64,000 bases of DNA. Origin: an uncultured Gemmatimonadales bacterium. GTDB lineage: Bacteria; Gemmatimonadota; Gemmatimonadetes; Palauibacterales; Palauibacteraceae. Shown here piece by piece: positions 1 through 8,962 of the stretch. Made by a program: the position numbers and the translations under genes. The stretch spans positions 864,001 to 928,000 of the forward strand of contig CAWANJ010000009.1 of assembly GCA_963783385.1 (NCBI GenBank). The letters are read 5' to 3'. The notes below the pieces were generated by a model, which made no database searches, was not told the DNA's origin, and saw only the letters and a program-made list of their open reading frames with translations. How positions within the stretch are numbered: the first letter of the stretch is position 1; every line of letters starts with the position of its first letter.

Positions 1-786
1 TGGGGCTATCCGTACGCCTCGTCGGAGGTGGGCCCCGGACCCGCCGCCGGCACCCTGGTGGACGGGGCGCTCGGCCAGGAGGTCGCCGGGCTCGGCGGCT
101 ACGGGATGTTCAACAGCACCCTGTACGGAGCCTTCACGCTGTACCGATCGGCCCAGCAGGGAGGCCCCCAGCCGCCGGACGTGACCGCGGAGGGCGTGAT
201 CAGCGGCGTGGCGCCCTACTGGCGTGCGGCCCTCACCCACGACTGGGGCACGAACTCCTTCGAGCTCGGGACCTTCGGCCTGCACGCGCAGATGTTCCCC
301 AACGGCATCAGCGGCCTGACCAACAAGTTCACCGACGTGGCCCTGGACGCCCAGTACCAGCACATCACGGCACTGGGAGCGCTGACCGCGCACGGGGCGT
401 TCATCCACGAAAAGCAGACCCTGGACGCCACGTACCAGGCGGGTGAGTCGGACAATCCCACGAACAATCTGAATACGGTCCGGGGCGACGTCTCCTACCA
501 CTGGAACGACGCGGGCCTGGGCCTGACGCTGGGAGCCTTCTCGACCACGGGCACCACCGACGCCGGCCTGTACGGCCTCGCGGCGGTGGATGGCAGCGCC
601 ACCGGGAACCCCAAGACGAACGGCTTCATGGGCCAGATCGGCTACATGCCCTGGCTCAACACGCGCTTCGTCCTCCAGTACGTGCTGTACAACGATTTCA
701 ACGGCGGCAGCACGAACTACGACGGGTTCGGACGCTCCGCCTCCGACAACAACACGCTCTATCTGCTGAGCTGGATCATGTTTTGA
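1..786 (+). CDS. cyc2: Cyc2-like fused cytochrome c-porin, C-terminal beta-barrel portion (5' end outside window)
   Basis: Frame 1 is open from base 1 (WGYPYASSEV...). Segments GVAPYWRAALTHDWGTNSFELGTFG and YMPWLNTRFVLQYVLYNDFNG...NNTLYLLSWIMF match my recollection of Acidithiobacillus-type Cyc2 (APYVRLAYQHDWG..EVGTFG; YLPWWNTRFSLRYVVYNKFNG). It ends in an aromatic residue as OM barrels do. The heme motif is not visible. Confidence 0.75.
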   Translation, partial: WGYPYASSEVGPGPAAGTLVDGALGQEVAGLGGYGMFNSTLYGAFTLYRSAQQGGPQPPDVTAEGVISGVAPYWRAALTHDWGTNSFELGTFGLHAQMFPNGISGLTNKFTDVALDAQYQHITALGALTAHGAFIHEKQTLDATYQAGESDNPTNNLNTVRGDVSYHWNDAGLGLTLGAFSTTGTTDAGLYGLAAVDGSATGNPKTNGFMGQIGYMPWLNTRFVLQYVLYNDFNGGSTNYDGFGRSASDNNTLYLLSWIMF

Positions 787-806
787 CCGTTCACACCGCG
801 TCTCGC

Positions 807-838
807 GCCGGGCCCGACCCTTCGGGGTCGGACCCGGC
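807..838 (+). terminator. GC-rich stem-loop with C(UUCG)G tetraloop after cyc2 (terminator or stability hairpin)
   Basis: GCCGGGCCCGACCC-TTCG-GGGTCGGACCCGGC with one mismatch; no U-tract. Confidence 0.5.
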
Positions 839-1018
839 CGTGGCGTCCCCCCCACCCGGCCGCGTCCCGGTGTACACTCGCTACCCAACCCGATTGAGCG
901 GACCCCAGCGCCAACCGCTCCGCGCGGGCGCCATCCGTCGTTCGGTCGCGGATGGGTCTTCAGCGGGCCCGCCGGGTACACAAGCGCTCGGACAGCTCGA
1001 ACTCGATGGGAGGACTGG

Positions 1019-1435
1019 ATGACGAAGGTGAGACTCACGGCCATGATGACCGTCCTGTTCACCCTCGCCCTGGTCGGAGGGGCCGCCGCGCGCGAGCCGC
1101 AACCGGCGGTGGCGAGGTGGGCGACCGCCGCCGACTCCGACACGGCCGCCCAGATCACCGAGGCCATGATCAATGCGGGGCGGAAGATCTTCCACGGGCC
1201 GGGCAGCTGCTTCGCCTGCCATGGACAGAACCTCCAGGGGACCGCGATCGCCCCGCGTCTGAGCGATTCCACCTGGAAGAACGGAGACGGAAGCTACGCC
1301 GACATCGTCAAGATCATCACGAACGGCGTGCCGGGAACCGCCATGGTGTCACACCCGGGAGGCATCAGTGATCAGCAGCTCCTGAAGGTGGCAGCCTACG
1401 TGTGGGCGGTGAGCCACGGGAAGGCGAAGGACTAG
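1019..1435 (+). CDS. Periplasmic monoheme class I cytochrome c
   Basis: GGAGG RBS, Sec signal peptide, CFACH, distal Met in GVPGTAM. Confidence 0.9.
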   Translation: MTKVRLTAMMTVLFTLALVGGAAAREPQPAVARWATAADSDTAAQITEAMINAGRKIFHGPGSCFACHGQNLQGTAIAPRLSDSTWKNGDGSYADIVKIITNGVPGTAMVSHPGGISDQQLLKVAAYVWAVSHGKAKD

Positions 1436-1478
1436 GGAGGGTTCATCCCCCGGGGAGAGCTCCTCCCCCAGGTACACC

Positions 1479-1515
1479 AAGAGGCGGGCCCGCGTCGATC
1501 GCGGGCCCGCCTCTT
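1479..1515. terminator. Bidirectional terminator between convergent genes
   Basis: Perfect 16-bp inverted repeat AAGAGGCGGGCCCGCG-tcgat-CGCGGGCCCGCCTCTT. Confidence 0.75.
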
Positions 1516-1574
1516 CATGTGCTCCTGTCCGGTCGCGAGCGGGCCCCTCGCGGGAGCCCGCCCGGGGACATGGC

Positions 1575-2108
1575 TCAGTGGTTCGGTGCGCTCACGGCGG
1601 AGGGCGGCTCACCGGTGACGGCGATCGTTCCCTTCATCCCGAACGACTGGTGCGGCACGCACTCGTAGGAGTAGGTGCCCGCAGGAAAGTACGCCGGGTC
1701 GATCACCAGCTGGTACGTCGCCCCCTGGCTCACGAGGAAGGGGCTCATCTTGGGAGGCGCCCCCTTGGCGTCGAAGACGGTGCGGCTCGCCGCCATGATC
1801 GTGGGAAAGCTACGGGAGGAAAGCCGACCCCCCGAAGGCTCATTCGTGAACTCGACGTCGTGGGGCGTGTTCGTGGTGTTGACCCATCGCACCGTGTCGC
1901 CGGGCACGACCGTGACGTTCGAGGGAACGAACTTGAAGTTCTCCATCTGGATCGTGACCGTATGGGGGTGCCCGGTGTCCTGCTGGGCCGCCGCGCTCGT
2001 GGCGGTGATCGCCAGCGCGACCAGCGCGGCGCCGATCACGAGCTGGAGGGACCAGATCAGATCTATCTGTCGTCGTGACACTTTCGGTCTCCGGACTGTT
2101 CGAGTCAT
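1575..2108 (-). CDS. Plastocyanin/azurin-family type-1 blue copper protein (exported)
   Basis: Signal peptide; FVPSNVTVVPGDTVRWVN, H(DVEF) and YECVPHQSFGMKG give His/Cys/His/Met ligands. Confidence 0.9.
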   Translation of the reverse strand: MTRTVRRPKVSRRQIDLIWSLQLVIGAALVALAITATSAAAQQDTGHPHTVTIQMENFKFVPSNVTVVPGDTVRWVNTTNTPHDVEFTNEPSGGRLSSRSFPTIMAASRTVFDAKGAPPKMSPFLVSQGATYQLVIDPAYFPAGTYSYECVPHQSFGMKGTIAVTGEPPSAVSAPNH

Positions 2109-2277
2109 CCATCGCCCAGAACCATCGGTTCCGGGAGCGAACTCTCACAGCCAGAATAAAACAAAGCGCGGGCTCCTCCACCGTAGGGAATTCCCCCACG
2201 AACAGGGTGGGGCAACTCTCCATCGGGTGTGAGGGGCCCGCGCCTACATCTGTAGACCGGGTCGCGCGCCGCCTACA

Positions 2278-3096
2278 TCAGTCGGCGCCGCGGCCTCTGG
2301 CCGCGTGAGCCTTCAGGAACGACTCGATCCCGCTGAGCTGGTCCGTGGTCAGGGTGTCGACCTGCATCAAATGCATGTTCTGCTGCATGCGCGGAACGAC
2401 CTCGCTCCACTCGGACGCCGTGTGAGCCTTGGGTGAAGGCGTCTGGTGGCACACCGTGCACCGGCTGACGAAGACGGCCGCCTCCGGACCCGACGGTATC
2501 TCTCCGGCCTTCGCGACGGGTAGGGCGTTCCGCGTCAGGTAGGCCCGCAGGGAATCGATCTGCTCCCCGGTCGGCAGCGACCGGAAGGTCACGGCCGAGC
2601 GGAGCTGCTCCCCTCCGACGCGCTGCAGGAAGGGCCCGTTCACCCTGCCCTCGAGCAGGCTCATCCGCAGCTCCATGCGGCGCAGCAGGATGGGCCACTC
2701 CACCGCCGAGTGCATCTGGGGCGTCGGCAGCCAGTGGCACTGCGTGCAGTACGCCTGGAGAAGACCGGCCCCCGTGCTGTGTGGCTCCGGCAGAGCGGCG
2801 GCCGTGAAGCCCGCCGGGGGCAGGCCCGTCCCCAGCGACGCCACGGCACGCCAGCGCTGCGCCCGGCTCAGCTGAGCGAACTGCGGACCGCCCAGTTCCT
2901 CCATGAAGCTGTCGGCCCTGGCCACGATCGTTCCGTTCTGCGTCGACTGCGCGGCCTGCGGCGCGCCGCCTCGGGCGCACGCCACCAGGGCGAGCCCGGC
3001 CACGGCCAGCCCCAGCGGGAGAACCCAGCCGGATCCTCCCCTGCTCCGTCTGTGCGACGAGGCCGGGTGCTCGTCCGCCACTCCCTCGGTGCCCAT
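2278..3096 (-). CDS. Diheme cytochrome c lipoprotein
   Basis: RBS GAGGGAGG before ATG 3096; lipobox-like LALVAC; two repeated domains CTQCH..PTPQMH..EW..RM and CTVCH..PSPKAH..EW..RM. Confidence 0.85.
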   Translation of the reverse strand: MGTEGVADEHPASSHRRSRGGSGWVLPLGLAVAGLALVACARGGAPQAAQSTQNGTIVARADSFMEELGGPQFAQLSRAQRWRAVASLGTGLPPAGFTAAALPEPHSTGAGLLQAYCTQCHWLPTPQMHSAVEWPILLRRMELRMSLLEGRVNGPFLQRVGGEQLRSAVTFRSLPTGEQIDSLRAYLTRNALPVAKAGEIPSGPEAAVFVSRCTVCHQTPSPKAHTASEWSEVVPRMQQNMHLMQVDTLTTDQLSGIESFLKAHAARGRGAD

Positions 3097-3313
3097 GCTG
3101 CCTCCCTCGTGCTGTGGCGCGCCCGCTCCAGCGAGCGGACGCACCCCTGTCGTCCCTTCACCCATCCTTCGAGGTCGCGGTCGCCGAGCCCACCGTCCGT
3201 CCCATCCATCCCTGTCCGGGCGGGCTCGGCGCACTTTGCGCCGCGACGGTCTCTAGAGTGCTGAGGAAGCCCGCTCGACGCAATACGTAGGAGACGAACG
3301 GGAGCCACGGCAA

Positions 3314-3364
3314 CGGAGGGGGTGGGATTCGAATCCACAAGGGCTCTCGACCGACGGTTTTCAG
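3314..3364 (-). repeat. Diverged copy of the 3' half of tRNA-Ser (distal att site)
   Basis: CGGAGGGGGTGGGATTCGAA is identical to 14077-14096; similarity continues with mismatches to GGTTTTCAG (anticodon loop). Confidence 0.85.
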
Positions 3365-3535
3365 AATGGATCGGGCGGGTTTCGCAGGACTCCGTTTGAG
3401 TCCCTTCAGGTCCGCTTGAGGCTACGTGCGTTGAACTTTCATGACCAGCCCGTTTTCACGCTCCGTCACATGCGCCGTCTACAGCCGCCTCCGTCCCCGA
3501 CAATTCTCCCAACGGTGACCTGAGCGACCTGCCCC

Positions 3536-3584
3536 GCTCGCCTCCACAGTCGTCGGTCATGGCGGCACCGAACCACAAGTCGCT
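3536..3584 (+). repeat. 49-bp perfect direct repeat, copy 1
   Basis: GCTCGCCTCCACAGTCGTCGGTCATGGCGGCACCGAACCACAAGTCGCT, identical to 13031-13079. Confidence 0.95.
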
Positions 3585-3695
3585 CCTGGAGTGTCGGGAT
3601 CGGAGCTGGCTACGCCCACTCCGTCCCGCCTACGAGAGCGACCGAGCTGTCACATTCTCAGCCGCCACGACCGTCACATTTACGACCGCCGCTGA

Positions 3696-4095
3696 CACTC
3701 CCATGACCTGCAGGTCCCGACCGGAGCCTCGCCCAAGGCGACGAAGGGACCGTCCTTCGACCTGTCGACCTGCACCAGCTCGGCCCAGTACGTGGCCGTT
3801 GATCTGGACACCCTGGATGGCACGGGGAGCGTGGCGTTTGGCATCAACACGGCCGGCCAGGTGGTGGGAGAGAGCCAGATCTCCGGCGTCGCCGCGTGGC
3901 ATGCCTTCCTGTGGCAGGACGGTACGATGCAGGACCTGGGCACCCTGGGCGGCGCATAGAGCGGGGCCGGGGGCATCACTACGGGCGGGCAGGTAGCAGG
4001 TTCGAGCCAGACCACAGACGGCGTGCCGCACGCCACCCTCTGGCCCCTGATCACTCCCGTCGAGCAGGTGGACAACCTCCCTGGGAAGCACACTG
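3696..4095 (+). pseudogene. HAF-repeat extracellular protein fragment
   Basis: [25 protein letters not shown]...[25 protein letters not shown]...HATLW; in-frame TAG at 3957-3959 and no start codon. Confidence 0.8.
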
Positions 4096-4119
4096 CTCAC
4101 GGACGCGGACGTTGTCCAC

Positions 4120-5076
4120 GTGAGCGAGAACGTGGAATCGCGCTACCTGGCCATGTTCGAGGCCCATGTCAGGAATCCCGAGCCGGGTGCGCTTCGTTTC
4201 GACGACGGGCAACTCGACCACGCGTGGGCCGTACGTAGGGGGCGACGACTCGAAGTCTGGTCCATCCCGATGCTGGCGCGGCTGATGGACACGCAGCTGG
4301 ACCAGGCCCCGGTCTATCACGAATTCGTGGAGCCGGCCGGCATGACGCATGGGGCGATCGTCACGGCCCCGGTCTCTTCCGAAGAGGCCATCCTCGGCAT
4401 GTCACATTCGCAGCCTGGCCGCACCGACTTCTGCGAGAGGAGGGCTCTCGGCCTGATGCGCCTGGTGGCACCCGCCTTCAAGGCAGAGGTCGATACGCTC
4501 CTCCGGCTGCAGCCGATCTGGAGCTCGCTGGCGCGTACCCTGGATGACCTCGCCCACGCGCTCGCCGTGTTCGATGCCGGCGGCCGGCTGCTCTAACAGA
4601 CCCGAGCCCTCCAGGTCCTGGACCGGGAGGAAGCGGCGGAAGGCACTCTCTCCGAAGAGATCCATTGCCTGGCGGCGACCGTGACGAACCGGCGGCTGCC
4701 CCCAACCCCCGACGCGGTCGTTCGGTCCGGCACGGCGACGGTGGAAGTCGAGACCCCGACGGCCAGGTACGTGCTCCGAGCCACCCGGGTGCGCGCCGGA
4801 CTGCTGTCGATAGATGTATCCGTCCTCATCAGCGTGGAGCGTCTCACCCCCCGCATGCCCGATCCGGGGACGCTGATGGAACGCTATGGGCTCACGCCGC
4901 GGCAGGCGGAGGTAGTCGTTCTGCTCGCCCGAGGTCTCTCGGACGCTGAGATCGCGGAGCGGCTCTCGATCAGCCCCCACACGGTCCACCACCACACAGA
5001 GTTGGTGTTCCTGGCGCTGGGGATCCACACCAGGAAGGGGCTGGGCCTCAAGCTCCTGGAGGACGAGGGGACCTAG
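4120..5076 (+). pseudogene. LuxR-family HTH regulator with internal stop
   Basis: ORFs 4120-4596 and 4681-5076 share a frame, split by TAA at 4594-4596; C-terminal GLTPRQAEVVVLLARGLSDAEIAERLSISPHTVHHH; appears 5'-truncated. Confidence 0.8.
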
Positions 5077-5165
5077 CTCGCCGGCGACCGTTACGGCTCA
5101 AGTATCCGCGTCACCCGGGTCCTCCACCGCCTCGGCCGAGGACCTCCAGGACACCGGCCGCTCCG

Positions 5166-5560
5166 TCAGCCATCGCACCGCGTGCAGCGGTAGCCAGGAT
5201 TCAGCTCGAAGGCGCCGGCCTCGATCCCCCCCGCCGCCTCCAGCAGCATTCCCGGCATGCGTCCGACCTGCTCTTCGCCGTGGCGGGCCACCTCGAAGGA
5301 CGTCTGCGAGGGGAGGCGGTCGAGCGTCAAGCGGCCGACGTCCCTGCCCAGCTTCTGCTCGGTCTCGGTCCCGCCCGCGGTCGTGTTGTCGATCCAGTCC
5401 ACGTAGCCCGGGAACGGTAGGCCCTCGACCTTGAAGGCGAAGCGCTCCTGGACGGCGAGCGCGAGCTCAAAGCCGTCGGCGCGCTTCCGGTGGTAGGGCT
5501 CGACCATGGCGAGGCCGTCGGCCTTCGTTACATCTCGCGACTCGCGTAGATTACCTTTGG
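5166..5560 (-). pseudogene. PD-(D/E)XK (RecB-like) nuclease remnant
   Basis: AVQERFAFKVEGLPFPGYVDWID and C-terminal FELNPGYRCTRCD; the DYKT motif is missing, suggesting an internal deletion. Confidence 0.55.
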
Positions 5561-5659
5561 TGCACGTTCCGGACTCGAGAGCCCCGGATGTCGGAGCTCA
5601 CCGCAGCGACTCGGGCATGCCCTCACCCCCTGCACCTTCTGGAAGGAGCTCCCAGCACC

Positions 5660-7012
5660 GTGCCACTTCCGACCTTTCGGTCCGTCGCCGCTCGCATGGA
5701 TGGAGTCCGCTCTCCGGTCAGACTCCGGGGCATATCGCCCGACGCCGTCGAGAGGCTGCTCGATCCTGACGACCTGTTCTGGCTCGGCTATCGGTCCGGG
5801 CCCAATGGACCTTCCCTGGACGAGCTCTGCCCGACGGTGGCCGCGGGCGATCACCGGGTCGCCGTGGACAACACGCGCGGGTACATGGACGGCCGGGACA
5901 AGGGTCTCTGGCAGGTGCATCGACACCTCAAGGATCACGAAGCCGTCTCGCTCCGAAGCCTCCTCGCTCGCCACGACCGATCGGAGCGCAGCCGCGCCCA
6001 TCACGTGCTGTGGTACAACACCTACCTGCTGCGGCCGTTCTGGGTGGGGGTTCCCGGCTCCGGCCGCATGTTCCAGATCGAGGCGACCCCCGACTCCGAC
6101 CACCGCAGGACCCAGATCGGCGCCGCCATCGAGGAGGTCGGATACAGCATCGCCGGGCTGTGCGAGGTGTGGAACGACGACGATCGAGGAGCCCTGCTGC
6201 GGGAGATACCGCATCGCGAGTCGAAGACGGGCGTCCGAACACCCACCGTGGGGAGCGGCCCCCTGGGGGTCGAGAGCCTGAAGGGCAGCGGGCTGGTCAC
6301 GCTCACCCGGGGACCGGACGACGCACGGCCGCACATCATGCGCGACGAGCACACGACGTTCAGCGATCAGGGAGAACCGTTCAGGGACACTGACGCCTAC
6401 TCGCGCAAAGGCGTGCTCCTGACCGAGATCGACCTCGGCCCGGGTCACCTCGACCTGTACACGACGCACCTCATCAGCGGGGGAGGCGTTCCCGAGACGA
6501 TCCGGGCGTCGATGTCCGGATTCCCGCTCCGACCGCTGAGAGAGATCCGGGCCCGGCAGATCCGCGAGCTCGCGGAGTTCATCGCCCGCACGCACAAGCC
6601 CGAGAACCCCGCTCTGGTGCTCGGCGACTTCAACGTCCATGCGAAGCCCGGCGATGCGGCCACGGAGTACCAGGGCCTCCTGAAGGCAATGTACGCTCTC
6701 GGGCTGCAGGACGCGTGGCTCGGTCGCGGAAGTCCGTGGGGCGACTCCTACGAGCCCGCGTCCGCGTGCGAGCGCGACGCGACGAGCGGGCCGGCCGGGC
6801 TATGCGTGGACTACCCCGAGGACCGGGGCCCGGCGGAGGAGTCGAACCGCTTCGACTACGTCTTTCTGGAGTTCCCGAGCCCCCACCACGCGTTCCAATT
6901 GGATATCGGTCGGATTCGGCGTGCATCGTTCTGGCGCGGCGGCGACGAACCGCCGCCCTACCTCTCGGATCACCTCGGGCTCGACTTCACCCTGGTCGCC
7001 AGCCCTCGGTAG
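5660..7012 (+). CDS. Endonuclease/exonuclease/phosphatase (sphingomyelinase-like) protein with N-terminal extension
   Basis: WYNTYLL, GLCEVW, YTTHL, LGDFN, RFDYVF and LSDHLG motifs; AAGGAG RBS before GTG 5660 (ORF open from 5588). Confidence 0.85.
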   Translation: MPLPTFRSVAARMDGVRSPVRLRGISPDAVERLLDPDDLFWLGYRSGPNGPSLDELCPTVAAGDHRVAVDNTRGYMDGRDKGLWQVHRHLKDHEAVSLRSLLARHDRSERSRAHHVLWYNTYLLRPFWVGVPGSGRMFQIEATPDSDHRRTQIGAAIEEVGYSIAGLCEVWNDDDRGALLREIPHRESKTGVRTPTVGSGPLGVESLKGSGLVTLTRGPDDARPHIMRDEHTTFSDQGEPFRDTDAYSRKGVLLTEIDLGPGHLDLYTTHLISGGGVPETIRASMSGFPLRPLREIRARQIRELAEFIARTHKPENPALVLGDFNVHAKPGDAATEYQGLLKAMYALGLQDAWLGRGSPWGDSYEPASACERDATSGPAGLCVDYPEDRGPAEESNRFDYVFLEFPSPHHAFQLDIGRIRRASFWRGGDEPPPYLSDHLGLDFTLVASPR

Positions 7013-7036
7013 CCGGGCGCCGCCACGTGTCGGCGT

Positions 7037-8788
7037 TCATCTCGAAAGGCTGAACTGGTCTGTGAAGTTGTTGTCGAACACGCCCAGGGCGTTGAACCGG
7101 CGGTACGCCGCCAGCCACTTGTCCAGGCGTGGGAAGGCCGCCTCGAGGTCGCTCCGGTTCATCTCGGTGTACTTGCCCAGGTGCGGCCGGACGGGGATCC
7201 GACCCTCGTCGATGAGCGCTCGCTCCATCGCCGCCAGCTCGCGCTTGGCGAGGACCATCCGCCGCTCGACTTCCGCCTCCCGGCCCGCTTCGATGAGGAT
7301 CGGAACCTCGATCATCGCGGTGAAGCGGCCCTGCGAGGCGTCCAGGTAGTGCGCGGAGGGACCCGTGAACCGGATGCCCATCGGCGTGGCGAACAGGGAG
7401 TCGCTCTGGCCGATGAACTCGAGCACCCTCCCGACGGTCTCAGCCGTCGAATTCACGGGCACCGCGAACTCGGTGGAGATGGCCCGATCGGGCGGCTCGG
7501 GAGCTTCGTCGGGGCCCGTGGTGTTCCTGAGTCTTCGGAGCGCGATGTAGCTGGCGGACGCGGTGCGCCTCTTCACGAACGGCGGGCGGTTCGCTTCGGG
7601 CTCGAAATAGTAGTTCTTGAGCTTGTTGCCGATGCCGGGTCGATGCGAGTCGGGAGCCGGATGGCCGCCGATGATGGCCCGGACGATGTCTCGCACCGTC
7701 GTCCGCCTTCTCTCGGGTGGCCAGTCGGGCCGCCACGAGTCGGGCTTGGACTCGGCGCCCGTCTCTGCGTGCCGCTTGATGAGGCACGTGACGTTGTCGA
7801 CGGGCGGATCGGCCTGCCGCTCCGCAATGTTGACCAGCACCCCCACGTGCCGGTGGTCAAGCAGGAACTCCGGCACGTCCACGTCTCCCTCGATGCGCAT
7901 CTTCGGACCAGCGAGCCGGCGCTCGAGTCCCTCCAGATCGGTGAGCTCGCTGCTCTCCTCAAGCCAGTACTCGTCGCGGACCTCAAGAGTGTAGGCGACC
8001 GCGATCCCCATGCATCCGTAGCCCACCACGACGGAGCGGAACAGATCGGTGTCCTGCAGCAGGACCATCCCGTGCCGCCCGAAGTCCCGCTCGAACCGGA
8101 CGGGATCGGTGATCCCGTGCTCGGGCTCCAGCCGCAGCGGCTGGACCACGTGTCTGCCCGTGTCGGTCGCGAGGAGGGTCACGAGTTCGACGGAGCGGAC
8201 GAAGTCGGCCATGGTGGCCAGCAGGAGACCCGTCCCGTGCGTGCCGGTGTTCACCGCTCCGGCGACCGTCTGCCCGTCGAAGGAACCCATGTTCATCAGG
8301 GCGCGGCGGGCATCGGGCAGGATGCTCCGGTTCAGCTTCTTGATGGTGGTGCCCGCCCGCACGCGGATCAGGTGCTCAGCGTCCACGCCCGGACGGATCC
8401 AACCCTCGTGAGCGAGTTTCCCCTGGAGCGCCGAGAGATCCACCCGGATGTCCCGGACGTCCGCTCCCGGGCAGGCCGCGTTGGAGTGGGAATGCCCGGA
8501 GCCCACAGCCCGGATCCGGACGCCGCGTCGCACCGCCTCCTGTAGGGCGCCGATCACCTGGGCGCGTTGCGTCGGACGGACCGTGAAGGTAGAGACGGCA
8601 TGGTCCCCCAGCCAGTTCGCCCACGCACTGACCGAGAGCTCGGGCGGATCCTCCGGAAGCGCCGCGAACTGCTCTCGAAGACCGACGGGGCGCGCTGCCT
8701 CCCCGTGCCGGCGTGCCAGGTCGTCCAGGCCCGCCGCTTCGTCGTCCTCGCCGCGGGCCCGGATCAGCGTTCGGAACGAGAGGGGCAT
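7037..8788 (-). CDS. FAD-linked oxidase, aldonolactone oxidase (GULO/ALO) family
   Basis: WANW, RAVGSGHSHS (covalent-FAD His), QTVAGAVNTGTHG, RPHLGK, GVFDN. Confidence 0.85.
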   Translation of the reverse strand: MPLSFRTLIRARGEDDEAAGLDDLARRHGEAARPVGLREQFAALPEDPPELSVSAWANWLGDHAVSTFTVRPTQRAQVIGALQEAVRRGVRIRAVGSGHSHSNAACPGADVRDIRVDLSALQGKLAHEGWIRPGVDAEHLIRVRAGTTIKKLNRSILPDARRALMNMGSFDGQTVAGAVNTGTHGTGLLLATMADFVRSVELVTLLATDTGRHVVQPLRLEPEHGITDPVRFERDFGRHGMVLLQDTDLFRSVVVGYGCMGIAVAYTLEVRDEYWLEESSELTDLEGLERRLAGPKMRIEGDVDVPEFLLDHRHVGVLVNIAERQADPPVDNVTCLIKRHAETGAESKPDSWRPDWPPERRRTTVRDIVRAIIGGHPAPDSHRPGIGNKLKNYYFEPEANRPPFVKRRTASASYIALRRLRNTTGPDEAPEPPDRAISTEFAVPVNSTAETVGRVLEFIGQSDSLFATPMGIRFTGPSAHYLDASQGRFTAMIEVPILIEAGREAEVERRMVLAKRELAAMERALIDEGRIPVRPHLGKYTEMNRSDLEAAFPRLDKWLAAYRRFNALGVFDNNFTDQFSLSR

Positions 8789-8896
8789 GCCAGTGCTCCG
8801 GCTGGAGTGGAGGCGTAATCCAAACTAGTCCGGACACTCGAGGGGCACCACGGTCGACTCGCCGGCCCCGGTGTCCACGACTCCCTCCGTGCGGAG

Positions 8897-8933
8897 GTCG
8901 GAGTTATAGTTATGGAGGCTCTTATTTTCCGAC
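8897..8933. promoter_or_regulatory. AT-rich divergent promoter region flanked by GTCGGA/TCCGAC inverted repeat
   Basis: GTCGGAgttatagttatggaggctcttatttTCCGAC between divergent genes. Confidence 0.3.
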
Positions 8934-8962
8934 AGCCTCATCCCAGGACCCCGGGGGATCCC

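Noticed and set aside
3314-3364. A second functional tRNA gene
   Set aside because: It lacks the 5' half (acceptor 5' strand and D arm) and has stem-breaking changes; it is an att remnant.
3957-4596. In-frame TAG and TAA as recoding (pyrrolysine or alternative code)
   Set aside because: The two stops differ, both lie in truncated genes, and TAG terminates many intact genes in the window.
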